From a virus, in the IMG/VR virus record IMGVR_UViG_3300043395_000420, positions 29,246-93,245 of that record: a DNA stretch of 64,000 nucleotides; one strand, given 5' to 3'. The number at the start of each line of letters is the position of its first letter. Within the stretch, counting starts at the first letter, position 1. Both the position numbers and the translations under genes were made by a program. The notes beneath the pieces are model-generated. The model did no database searches. It was not told where the DNA came from and saw nothing but the letters and a program-made list of their open reading frames with translations. Shown here piece by piece: positions 13,501 to 20,583 of this stretch.

Positions 13501-14781
13501 TGTTGTACTGTCTACAGTTTTACCATCTATCTTAATAGAAAGTTCTTCTCCTTTCTTCATTAATACTATACGACCACTTCCTACAGGTAAAAAGTAAAAG
13601 AAGTTTGCTTTATCACTTTCTTTTAGAGTAACCGTCTGTTCCTTTTTTTGATATGATATAGGATTAAGAAGAAAATCCGCCATTTCCAGTGCCTCCTCCA
13701 TAGTAATGCTGTCCATATATATTTGGACATCTTTATTCATAGATGGAGAACTGATGTATATAGAATTATCAGGGCCCTTTTTTAAATTTAGATTTGGGTA
13801 TATTGTTTTAGATAAATCCGTTAATCTTGTTTTATCTGCAGCCATTGTTAAGAAACCAACGTCACCGTTAGTTATCTCATTGATAATGATGTTATTAGCA
13901 GGATCTCTTGCAATAGAACTTGTCATTTTGTCTACTGTTTCTTTCTGCTTACGTTTTTCTTCTGTATTTGGATTTTGTACAGTTTCTAACTTGGTTCTTA
14001 CATAAAAGTATACAGGCTTACCATTTGTTTCAACATATTCACCATTACTATTAAACTCTAAAGGATTTCCTTGAGCATCTGTAAGTACCTGTATATAAAT
14101 TTGATCTAAGTATCTTAGTAGTTCAGGATTATCTTCTATATCTGCAAGTTGTCTGCTGTCTAATTTATCTAGTGGAATTCTGCTTAATGCCATTGTTGTA
14201 AGATATACCTTTCCAGAATATCCTTTAATGGTCATATTAGCAGCCATCATGTTTCTGATAATTGTATAAAACATTTCTACAGAAAAGTTTTCTTCTTGTC
14301 CTGTAGTAGTAAACATGCTGTCTGGAACAGGATAGTCTACTTGTTTTATCAATTGTGAGTTTACTTTAGCATTAACATCATCTTCTGCTTGCTGGTTTCC
14401 GGCAATAGTTGCTGCTTCTTGCAGGTCAGTTTTAGTTATAGTTTCAACACTGATATATTTGGCAACAGTGTTTAGATCTGGATTAGTTCTCCATTCTTTT
14501 GCTAACTTGTTATTACCATTAAGATCAAAATTAGTATCCGTCATATAATCAGATACGGCAACATATCCTGCAGCCTGTCTAATCATATCGGGTACTAGAT
14601 GGGCATATGACAATGCCTTATCTTTATCTTTAGACTTTTCTAAAACATAGTCATACAATTCTTTAGCAATTGCTTGAGGATCAATGTTTTGTTTTTTGTT
14701 TTTTACATCTTCTATAGATTCTCTAACAAATCTATATACGGATGCTAAGGATTCATTACTGTCTATTGCGCAAAAAGCCAT
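1522..14781 (-). CDS. Virion-packaged DNA-dependent RNA polymerase (crAss-like, phi14:2 gp66-type) with zincin, SF1B helicase and ASCH-like accessory domains
   Basis: Catalytic motif GADFDIDK (~7943-7966) preceded by RIPVQGLNSM. Also DAQGWIS, STQLRKL and HExxH motifs HEYQH and HEAWH. C-terminal GYAGTGKT...DEASM...HKSQG helicase motifs. 4419 aa. Confidence 0.92.
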   Translation of the reverse strand: MAFCAIDSNESLASVYRFVRESIEDVKNKKQNIDPQAIAKELYDYVLEKSKDKDKALSYAHLVPDMIRQAAGYVAVSDYMTDTNFDLNGNNKLAKEWRTNPDLNTVAKYISVETITKTDLQEAATIAGNQQAEDDVNAKVNSQLIKQVDYPVPDSMFTTTGQEENFSVEMFYTIIRNMMAANMTIKGYSGKVYLTTMALSRIPLDKLDSRQLADIEDNPELLRYLDQIYIQVLTDAQGNPLEFNSNGEYVETNGKPVYFYVRTKLETVQNPNTEEKRKQKETVDKMTSSIARDPANNIIINEITNGDVGFLTMAADKTRLTDLSKTIYPNLNLKKGPDNSIYISSPSMNKDVQIYMDSITMEEALEMADFLLNPISYQKKEQTVTLKESDKANFFYFLPVGSGRIVLMKKGEELSIKIDGKTVDSTTTNARDLIADAIVNNEGGGLYLYKNNMTTVRTFSNVRQNADGTYTAKIDTIPYGEFIRQHAYVANKVENGDFVPMNAYLEFMPGTVTKKEITKSTQENYKGVPIIEKAITSKTGEPGGAQYNSTNNTIYVNKPVLKSKFESKAWTTPRIQKDGSSANAFPEDMFKTYEEWESFVIEHEYQHSQLSRTEFDKSVSGTTTTADYENEINKRALESLGMKIPEVKPETKTQSASNTIKKNNLIDDSLLLRAGRKPSTAKSSQDVINAALPWYNSIRLADGRMLSDVVPISVMFDAVNTDPSVVAHWNLAGITLWQGADASDLYHEAWHAFSQIFLTAKQREDLYNAVGQMKGSFENYNGKTVEFKNATKLEKEEWLAEQFREHMLRGGKGKYSKSKGIIAEIFSKIFELLQYLFSNTTIRETQADYTANAKVAEMFEKLAVGKLGEPVFEPDAVFIETGLNKIKNRSLSDTAVIMKSMNGLMSESIDDLNDEYNTKGLTIGIISEASMRKAAYLKVQEKLVNHIESLKEKYEKAAEKRKIKIKSRIDLATWMLDNFGDPMNPKEGETILSYYEKNYIQSFEPDMADKDDNTTSRSEYADKSGNEVSINNMIDKKLSYTLSTLIAYNDNGEVEKNDLGFPKMVPARTAQNLLINITQGARNPKEIYDKLKEVEELFPIVKAFLKKVGNPDNIKGELENSMWGQINKLFTLPRINVVNLDIEQTKDSKGNISYITIRPGNASRESSKVFKLFNSRFTRSGETEPYRVKASDTGAVSINIEQLTSDLYMSTSVISKDPITFLKAIGLYMPELSVVKNALSSKENGNLYEINGLKNKVRAINAFNTWLKLNRPGAEPIKLTRVTDLLDKSFDKLVQDKSLREAFLKQESQYKESTFQPFTGFKTTLGNLYLQWTGDFSNSTITTTTGKTKYENSLPNTITRKTDSINNAINYEDLVRDNTENVNGMPIYIMNNLSLNRNPWMQNSMLMNILFDMSTPEKIKRQGVTATGKVLNARINILDMDGTKMRIGEQIDLVGLKSSDSDMTTKMLQDFYMMMIYGTSEATRHAGKSSTFLYQIIHADGSKHYVNPKMFASKDPTSSTGKSKVLAAYMGYLSSEVERIHKAKTDPDAKNIVLYEKKGKPVTLAEVGSKFIMFDDILTEDQKTEIYNLIDKGTITTAADFKNLLNTNEKFANTYQNQVNSYLENQYQQVIDKFKKEGIFDSRYLLSPNILKIVGDTKEYTREELSRQLIEAYTANQLLHNIETGLVYYGDPGIYNHSKEEYHKRNAGIGSTGETPRTDIHFQNYVNKPAKKGKYAESAWYTGPKTKADGTTVGQRDYNGTFNTAVLADVVSTSVYIDEYKKAAKDKERKRLAKTNASQDTINKAMQNIDNIFDDAYAGMKEGDAQGWISFDAYRLMMRGLDKWTTLHEKLYVRILNGDDVSAEDIANFFPIKKMQYWGTLATTGLPVEAFHKFSLMPLIPTVVKGTKLEQLHNKMVEQDIDYAVFASGSKLATVTNDGNFDKFYANKEGWLALNEPEFTFSKNVIYLDYLKDQVEVAPEFKEKIIFSTQLRKLVEEGSFENGVPVDFKPEITDLTERYDAWNAIKDESVKKSESKLYTKILRYESALKQLTEFKKKQLVEELGWTDKGPKDLTKFIDFIEKQLTRQEISDNELEFIDALKSAPMVNLDLSNFSSQIEKLLTAVVNKRLIRQKVTGEALIQASSAGFEKAGKFRNATEEERRKYSGTNDLKFYTPGNGMEVKISIQGHFKKLLSLPEVTRKAKAENISKLDALNSIIRDEKWLSKNRDMITMVGVRIPVQGLNSMEVMHVAEFLPEEAGNMIIPATEIVAKSGADFDIDKLSIQMPVLRWEGLKGNSKLTIANVRGEAALKELYQNLKSKAIEVEEFKVINSTVDELGNLVYDKDVVRRALTRDVSPTVKRFSTDIEQSNKLLNTILTAALGEEWFDMGYTESEIIEILKNYNLATSEEAFIKKMDNEAAYENQLLLATKDLILDPENFVSLITPNSTTIVKPISEKLRDKTRVYSSKKRFNGEPNGFSPTRIYEPLYNLAKLEYNSVGKQALGIGAVDNTFNVVFNRIGAYMSDVKVINEAGDLMRNVLLLPHNTMNVNGEQRISLSHSYDKNNFYKISDLFNQLINGWVDVEKDEWIFDLQGNKELTPVLLFLIQTGVPINQAVLFLSQPIIREYITDARSRKGTFSSVLGKESELNQHNTDARDSILFGENSKYGFGLNEESFYPDNSKNYRYNAINGKVRVAKNKLYDYFRIALTNLDENYFNEKALEDNLDNLNDDKTKDVYTDFDRNVFLHFMEILEMSKGLTEIKQATKFDTTRSSSLHDARVQLRKDIKASQFKGLDPDVYESIIKNSPIGSFKIQEFMIGLYEPFFPLSNSTSINSYFAKPNIESYISGMRMGETRVNVTFDKASVIDNFKKQLSPYIFYNWYFTLPSNKHYRSYVLNSELDVATVPYARRAAIYKDGKIYVDQNSIAENLYNKFYSNELQYLDADVAPLPANVFTGVNEADMYKKYLYERESLRALPNYKYSVVALSAEYMKIEKELSEKYLDKTLLRKGESTTINKETVKLWAYETYLRNHALNNINLPYWIFTGNNSYAYQYDQIVSNPAFKKITEYYDLLSALEVDVFSSMASSYSSYVKANVNTLRFRDTLLEIDQKNLYSENLNELKNPSILQDKFGISAIDAENISKFFNRFDVVAYLQSGSNPNSTFSILSIADSKVISELLAEPVSKFIDTVTQLEAVPNSNNKLTELLFDQYRKIFIGTNSQAKSNIAKRFRTFYDPNFANVVLSSKKDAVIKEFVDILEKTGYKFETEEESIFELFEETPTSFEDDYKYFGAMYKIKVENGVGVDVLNYKGKKSAKEKLLAAYNNNPNIDPQNKQPFRQPKSSQISPNQSQPANTMTFSDGVTISTPFKLNDQQTEALLELEKFYKNPAAYDNQITLKGYAGTGKTSIMKIFDAYLQRVSLDSIIYTSPTNRANAVTKLKNPDVRVYTLHSLFGLNPDFNFEEEYDLAKLNFAKQNKGVLKPDESTVLILDEASMVADGLFAFIQEEKKKNSNLKIIYMGDPAQLRPVGQDNLSKVFDKGTQLQLTKVERTGDNPILEESTNLRNGKELNYKTKVVNGIGVVYGDNNTFVNEAVKENFLSPEFAKNKLYFRILSATNAVVTAKNKEVRKLLFGDAAQQQLVVGDLIMGRSNFDKNYRTGQYKIMNSGDYEVLDIKPSTVTLDLLGDKVEFKGYKVTIQNLLGKADEKPEVIFVADVNDDDSKLIRLSKTIKDLREAGARLKKDGDIRAAASYFQKASDYENAITSMKPVIQNGKTLFNQTFDYGYAHTIHKSQGGTYTKVLILDDTINSFKDKNVQQELKYVAVSRATDMVYIATSQKLGTPEIVGEEPAQEPVSNEFIVADSLPAIEQNFADGSKYKEGDVWKTRTMQPQFKDKSTMDLIISGDRTRTTRAKTDVSRMMKDYNLSKIEDLVGKVIRMTDNTGRQVYTRITKVSPFTQEYQDATWQKEGWVKSVTDRHVGNYPYAIEFEVVQPSQSQAPVSTGDKFTKKNIFTVKPIQAADKKAVIKASIATQYIGFGEGIKGSSTDLYREQAGNFANTGNYSVNDVIFVSIGGKRGTEEQQKTQQDRTIAEAIKAVEAGATILTDNKAYTDASDYNTGEKRLYDAMKQAGYNYSEITVDGQVIGTWSKPTQISVSTNQQIVSKSTITQPTQASNPNGFMVGLQNGTGIPVYDFTLTPDNLKPVDIQKIKEANPNVIFVTDTVMAKPGRTANTTDLNKTSAVLAGLGPDNYFGIPTKFLAIPVDPKTGKPKGTLNKTTNTITPSGLLVEETEEEYNYNIQQIDAAIQALVEKMKLNPDKVLRFNFRGMGQSMINRWEENGMVIGSVEENVPANPQSAPKTFVYLSERLYDAFGYINPNSLPRVFAKGSVEMSEKVQRDQVVSDTEVTNDILNDILSCSI

Positions 14782-14791
14782 TGTATTATAA

Positions 14792-17700
14792 TTAGCAAAT
14801 GTTAATGTTATTCTTTGCGGAGTTTTTATCTCCGTTAACTTCTTTTTCTATTTGGTTTTTAGTTTCTTCAGTAAGTTCTGCTATACTTGCAGATATATTT
14901 TCTGCGGCCTGTTTTTGTGCTTCAGGGTCTGATACAGCACCAGGCATAGCTAGGTCTCCTGTTTGACTATATACACCTATAATAGTTTTGTCAAATACAT
15001 TTTTAGTCATTGGTGCACCTGTTCCTTTCATACCTATTTTTTTATAATATAATTTAGACTTGTACATACCGGTAACATATAGTAGTTCACCGGTATTCGT
15101 TACTAAGATATGGCCTTTTTTTACATCTACAAAATTAGGAGTAGAAGAAACTTGTTCTAATTTTTCTTGTAGTTTTTTCTCTGCTTCTAATCTACTGACT
15201 CCTATGAAGTTATAGTCATCATCAGTAAATAAACTAAGTTCATACATCATATCTTTGACCGCAGTCATAGAGTCTAAACTGTCAATTTGCTCTAGCAAAG
15301 GTTTGCTTGTAAGGTTTAGAGTAGTTCCTTGTGGAGAAACGTTTCCTTCTAGTACATCTAATACATTATCTGTATCTACTGTAGCATATTTTTTATCTTT
15401 TCTTGCTAACAACTCATAGGATCTTCTGTTTTGTACAATGTCTGGATCAGACTCAGTTCTAAAATATACAGAAGTATCTTTAGGCACTATTACTAAATCT
15501 ATTTTACCAATGTATAAAGGTGATAAATAGTTTTGTGAACTTGTAACAACAGTGTATCCTTTATTTGCTTCTCTTCGCATTGCATCTAAGGCAGCACCAT
15601 ATGCTGATTGTATTGCATCACGTTGAGCATTTCCTGCAGGATCATTTGCCAAGGAGTCAAAGAATTCTTTAACTTTTTGATACATGTTTTCTTTAGTAAC
15701 ATCTTGAAATAACTCTATACCAGAATTTTTAAATGCTTCTACTATAAAGTCATCTCCAGATATTATGGCAGCATCTGTATCAAATGCTGTTTGCGTATCC
15801 ATACCGGAACTTACATATACAATACTTCCTTTGAACATATCCAAAACTTTTGAATCTGGATTAACATCAGGTATACTAGTTTGTACCGGTGCTTGTTCTT
15901 CTTCTGTAAAGTTCCACTCATTACTATTTAATAAAGCCGTAAATACAGTCTCTGCATTTTTAATAGGTGTAACTACTGGTGTAAGAGTTCCTTGTTGATT
16001 AACTTCTTCTGCTGAAACTATCTTACCCTCTTCAACTTTAAATACAATAGATCTAGACATTGATGGTCCGTTACCTTTCCAATTTGCTGTAACTTCACCA
16101 TTTGTAATAGTAATTTCAAATGCTGGAGTTGTAACAGGTACAAGTTTAGGAGCATTGGTAACTTTCATACCAGATCCTTGATAATTATCTATAACATCAT
16201 ACTGCGTTACATCAATATTCTCATCCTGTTCTACAAAACGATATCCTGTAGGAGGTATGACAACATTATCCGGTTTAGTTCTATTTGTCAGAATTATATC
16301 TCTAGCTTCTTCAGGAGTCATTGCGTTAATATCATCAGGACTATACTTTAATCTTCTTAATGTATTTTTCTCCTTTGGTGTCAAAGGATTAGGTCCTGTC
16401 ATAGTACCTGCTGCTGGAGTAGGTTGTGCAGCACTTGCTACTGAAGCATTATAGTCAGATATTATTTTAGCAGAATATGAACTAGTTTTAACCCATTCTT
16501 CAAAATCATCTTCTTCTCCATTATATGCAGATCTTAACTGATTTTTTAATTCAGTTGGCATTGCATTATAAGGTGTATTTACTGTAATCTCTTGATCTGT
16601 TTTAGCAATAGTTTCTTTAAAATATACTCCAGAAGGTTCTAACTTATTGGAAGCCAATGCAATAGTCTCATCTAAAATAGTATTTTCATTACTTACACCT
16701 AATATACTACGAAGTACTTGCCTAACTGCCTCAACAAAGTCTTCCCATAAAGTAGTTGTTTTCTTTTCAGTTTTTACTAATTCAAGTAGTTGCTGAAATG
16801 CAGGATTAGTCAATGCTTCTGTAACAAAAGATTCTATACTATCTACAGGCATCATAGCACCTTCTAATCCTAAACTCTTTAGACTATTATCAAGATTACC
16901 ATTATCTAATGCATTTTTAAATTCTGCTATAAGATTATTAATGGCTGTATTAAACTCTGCATTAGTACTACTTTCTGATATCATCATTGTAGTAATACCA
17001 TTAATTAAAGAATACTCAAAGTTAACATTACCTCCTTGATATTCGAACGTAGAGTATCTAGGATCTATAATTAATCCGTTAACAGGATCATATGTATTAT
17101 AGTTTGTATGATCTAGTTTAATAGTTGCTTTTCTATCTCCTACTAATGGTCTTAGTCTTTGTGCTAATTTTTTAGCAACTATACTGCTTTCAGAAGAGTT
17201 AATAATAAAATCTAATAGTTTCTTTAACTCTACTTCTCCACCGGTCTTTGGGTCAAACCCTAGTTCTTTTGCTAGGTCTGCTATAGTTCTATTATCGTTA
17301 GTATCTCTTCTAGGACTAAACTTACCCATTGGTACATTAGCACCTGTAATGGGTTTATTGGTTGCAGTCTTTCCGGTTAACTGTTCTAACTTATCTACTA
17401 ACTCTATTATCTTTTGATATCTTTCATCATTAGGTAATATTTGTTTAAGGGTAGTTGCATCATAAAAAGAATCTGGAATTCTATTTTTATCTACTAAAGC
17501 ATCTACATCTTTAGGATCAAAAAATACATTCATGTTCTGTAACTCATTGATAAACATATTATTAATATGCATCTCCATGAATTTTTCAGACATTTCTTTT
17601 ACTTTAGCCTTTGCAATTTTTTGAGATTCTTCAATAGCCGTTTTAATACGTTGACTCATTGTAGCAAAGTACTCAGGATCTATTAATCTGTTTACAAACT

Positions 17701-20581
17701 CTGCAGCAGATCTTGCATCACTATCTAAATCATAGTAATCTAAAATAGCAGCAAATGCCTGTTGCAACTGATCTTCGTCTATAATATCATTGTTAGATTC
17801 TGCTAATACTTTTATATAATCTTGGAAACTCTTATATGCCATTGCACGAGACTCTTCCACATTTCTTGTTTGTGGAGCACCCTCTTCATCTAATTCTTCA
17901 TCAGTAAAAAGAGGTTCACCTACTAGTGCTACTTTTTCTTTGGCTAATGTTTTTTGTTTTCTCTTACCAGTCTTGCTATCTATAAACTCTAAGGTTACTT
18001 TACCATCTCGTACCCTTTTAACTTTACCTTTAACTCGTTTTCCACCCTTACCTTCAAATTCTACAGCAGCGCCTTTTACAAAGGTTTTTCTCTCCTGACG
18101 CATTCTTTGTTCTTCTTCAGGATTTAATGCTGCTTTCTTTGCAGCAACCATATCACTGATATGTAAGAATAATCCGGAACTTAAATCTTTAAGAGTATCA
18201 TATTGCTTTTGGAGATTTGCTGCCTTTTTTTGTTGAGTAGCATCTCCTTGACTATATATTTTAATTTCTGTATCTAGTCTCTTTAGTTCTTGTTGTATAA
18301 GATCTTCACTTACAAGAGATGTTAGTTTACCAGCTTCTATTTTACCTAATGGTTTTAATACATTTAATAAATCAGTTACTTTCTGAATACCGTCTACAGC
18401 TCTTTCAAAACTGTAATTATTATATATAGCATACTTTACGGCTTCTTCATGGGCTAACCAATCATAGAATTCTGTATTCTTATTATAAGTATTAGGTAGT
18501 CTTTCTTTGTAATAATCATACCTGTCTTTAATAGTTTCTGCTTTTTTAATTGCGGAATCTATCCTGCCACGAATATCTTTATTATAATTATTTTGAGTAG
18601 TATTAGTAGAATCATTATCACCGAATGCTTCTACTAATTCATCATCTGTCATATTCTGCATATCCTTCATCGCATCTATAAAGAAATCAACCTTGCCACT
18701 GCGTATTAAAGTATGTATATGATTAAACATTGAATCATCTAAAGTACCATTATAATCTTTCTTATCTCCTCTTGCTTCAGCATCTGCAGCAATCTGTACT
18801 AGGTTATTTTGCAATGCCATATTTTGTGCCATAGCACTTGCATACTTTTCAGGATTATTAGCAATATGGGTCATTGCTTTTTCTAGTTCTACTCTTGCTT
18901 TTTCTCTTGCATCATCTGCATCTTTTAGAGTAGTTTGACCTGTAAAGTAATCTGAAGTCTTTGCTAAAAACCTACTACCTTTTGTAAATATTACATTTTG
19001 AGCAGGTCCTAAAAAACCTCCCATAGCAAAACCAGAAAGGAATACCTCAAGACCCATGTCATTTTTATCTAGTTCTTCAGAACCCATAGCTAGAGTATTG
19101 AGTATATCTGCCTCAATTACTCTACCGTTACCAAAATAACTATCTGTATATTGTTTAATTAATCCTGCAGATAATGATTCTTGATAAAGTTCTTGAGTAC
19201 CTTCCATTAGGTTTGCGGATGTATATCTTAAAGCATTACCTGCAATTCTACTTGGAGTCATACCCTTACCTACTGCTTTCCAGTAAGCACCTTTATCTAA
19301 ACCAAATACACCTTTAATATGCGTACCCCATTTTTGTTTATCTAAAACAGTCACAACCTTTTGACCACCTTTTTTACTAATAGACTCCATAAAACCTAGA
19401 GCACTATCTTCCATAATATTTCTAAAAGGTTTAAATCCTTTTAAGGCTGTTTCTAATACAATTTTATTTGATACATATATACCAGCAAGGTTTGCCATGA
19501 AAGTTTTACCGGCTGCTTCTGTTGCACTAGCAGAAATCTTATTTAACTCTTGAGTATTAGGAACACGTTTATATAGTTCGTAATGTTTATCAATTAACTT
19601 ATTAGTTACTTCATTTTGAACCATACCGGCTTCTAGTTTAGCTTCTGAACTAACCAGATTTATTGCACGTAAGTCTTTTATGAATGCACCTGCTGTACGT
19701 GTAGCCAGGGCAAGTTTAGATAAATCTTTATATCCTTCTAAACCTCTGTTTACACCTCTATATAACGTAGTAAGATTTTCAGCAGGATTAATAAAGTTCA
19801 TAGAAGCATTCCATAGTTTACGTGCTCCTGATATAGTTTCTCCTGCTTTTACAGAATTATATAATCCTTTTGTTAAACGTGCTAAGTTTTTAGCACTTCT
19901 TATTGCTAAAAGTTCTGAGGCACCTCCGCCTGTAAGAGCTGTTGCAGCAAATAAACCTAATTCTTCTAAACCGATCTCTCCTAATAAACCTACAGTATAT
20001 GCAGAGTTTAAATAAAAGTTTGTAAATCCTGCGCCAAATCCTTTTTTAGAACTAGAACCAATAGCCATTGCTTTTTCCATCTCCCATGCAGATTCTCTAT
20101 CTGCAGCAGCCGATGATAAAGATCCCCAGTTTTTAAATACACTGGTAAAACCTGTTCCTAATAATGTTGGATATTGTTTACTTGCTCTTACAAAGTCTTG
20201 TCCCCATGTAGAATTATTATTATAAATCTTTTCATTATCTCTAAAAGGACTGAAGCCTAACTTATTAAAGTTGCCATGTGAATAGTATCTATCAAAATTT
20301 AAACCTGTATGTGTTGCATCTATACTAACACCTTTTGCAGAATATAAAGGATCTTTCTTAGTATTAAGTAACGCATCATTAAGACGAGCATTAGTTGCTT
20401 TTAAAAGAGCGTCTGCTGATGAATAACTAGTTTTATTAAGAGGGCCTGTAGTAGGATTACCTACATTCATTACACGGTTGTCTATTACAGCACCTGCCTT
20501 ATTAGGTATATCTATACCTTTTGCTTTTAATACTTGCTGGTTAAAATTTTGTTCAGCAGCTTCATCTCTTAAAAAATCCAT
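14792..20581 (-). CDS. Large virion cargo/ejection protein (predicted N-terminal membrane segments, degenerate zincin)
   Basis: 1929 aa immediately upstream of the vRNAP. Gly/Ala-rich hydrophobic stretches (LGLFAATALTGGG; FLSGFAMGGFLG), EGTQELYQ motif and coiled-coil regions. Confidence 0.75.
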   Translation of the reverse strand: MDFLRDEAAEQNFNQQVLKAKGIDIPNKAGAVIDNRVMNVGNPTTGPLNKTSYSSADALLKATNARLNDALLNTKKDPLYSAKGVSIDATHTGLNFDRYYSHGNFNKLGFSPFRDNEKIYNNNSTWGQDFVRASKQYPTLLGTGFTSVFKNWGSLSSAAADRESAWEMEKAMAIGSSSKKGFGAGFTNFYLNSAYTVGLLGEIGLEELGLFAATALTGGGASELLAIRSAKNLARLTKGLYNSVKAGETISGARKLWNASMNFINPAENLTTLYRGVNRGLEGYKDLSKLALATRTAGAFIKDLRAINLVSSEAKLEAGMVQNEVTNKLIDKHYELYKRVPNTQELNKISASATEAAGKTFMANLAGIYVSNKIVLETALKGFKPFRNIMEDSALGFMESISKKGGQKVVTVLDKQKWGTHIKGVFGLDKGAYWKAVGKGMTPSRIAGNALRYTSANLMEGTQELYQESLSAGLIKQYTDSYFGNGRVIEADILNTLAMGSEELDKNDMGLEVFLSGFAMGGFLGPAQNVIFTKGSRFLAKTSDYFTGQTTLKDADDAREKARVELEKAMTHIANNPEKYASAMAQNMALQNNLVQIAADAEARGDKKDYNGTLDDSMFNHIHTLIRSGKVDFFIDAMKDMQNMTDDELVEAFGDNDSTNTTQNNYNKDIRGRIDSAIKKAETIKDRYDYYKERLPNTYNKNTEFYDWLAHEEAVKYAIYNNYSFERAVDGIQKVTDLLNVLKPLGKIEAGKLTSLVSEDLIQQELKRLDTEIKIYSQGDATQQKKAANLQKQYDTLKDLSSGLFLHISDMVAAKKAALNPEEEQRMRQERKTFVKGAAVEFEGKGGKRVKGKVKRVRDGKVTLEFIDSKTGKRKQKTLAKEKVALVGEPLFTDEELDEEGAPQTRNVEESRAMAYKSFQDYIKVLAESNNDIIDEDQLQQAFAAILDYYDLDSDARSAAEFVNRLIDPEYFATMSQRIKTAIEESQKIAKAKVKEMSEKFMEMHINNMFINELQNMNVFFDPKDVDALVDKNRIPDSFYDATTLKQILPNDERYQKIIELVDKLEQLTGKTATNKPITGANVPMGKFSPRRDTNDNRTIADLAKELGFDPKTGGEVELKKLLDFIINSSESSIVAKKLAQRLRPLVGDRKATIKLDHTNYNTYDPVNGLIIDPRYSTFEYQGGNVNFEYSLINGITTMMISESSTNAEFNTAINNLIAEFKNALDNGNLDNSLKSLGLEGAMMPVDSIESFVTEALTNPAFQQLLELVKTEKKTTTLWEDFVEAVRQVLRSILGVSNENTILDETIALASNKLEPSGVYFKETIAKTDQEITVNTPYNAMPTELKNQLRSAYNGEEDDFEEWVKTSSYSAKIISDYNASVASAAQPTPAAGTMTGPNPLTPKEKNTLRRLKYSPDDINAMTPEEARDIILTNRTKPDNVVIPPTGYRFVEQDENIDVTQYDVIDNYQGSGMKVTNAPKLVPVTTPAFEITITNGEVTANWKGNGPSMSRSIVFKVEEGKIVSAEEVNQQGTLTPVVTPIKNAETVFTALLNSNEWNFTEEEQAPVQTSIPDVNPDSKVLDMFKGSIVYVSSGMDTQTAFDTDAAIISGDDFIVEAFKNSGIELFQDVTKENMYQKVKEFFDSLANDPAGNAQRDAIQSAYGAALDAMRREANKGYTVVTSSQNYLSPLYIGKIDLVIVPKDTSVYFRTESDPDIVQNRRSYELLARKDKKYATVDTDNVLDVLEGNVSPQGTTLNLTSKPLLEQIDSLDSMTAVKDMMYELSLFTDDDYNFIGVSRLEAEKKLQEKLEQVSSTPNFVDVKKGHILVTNTGELLYVTGMYKSKLYYKKIGMKGTGAPMTKNVFDKTIIGVYSQTGDLAMPGAVSDPEAQKQAAENISASIAELTEETKNQIEKEVNGDKNSAKNNINIC

Positions 20582-20583
20582 AG

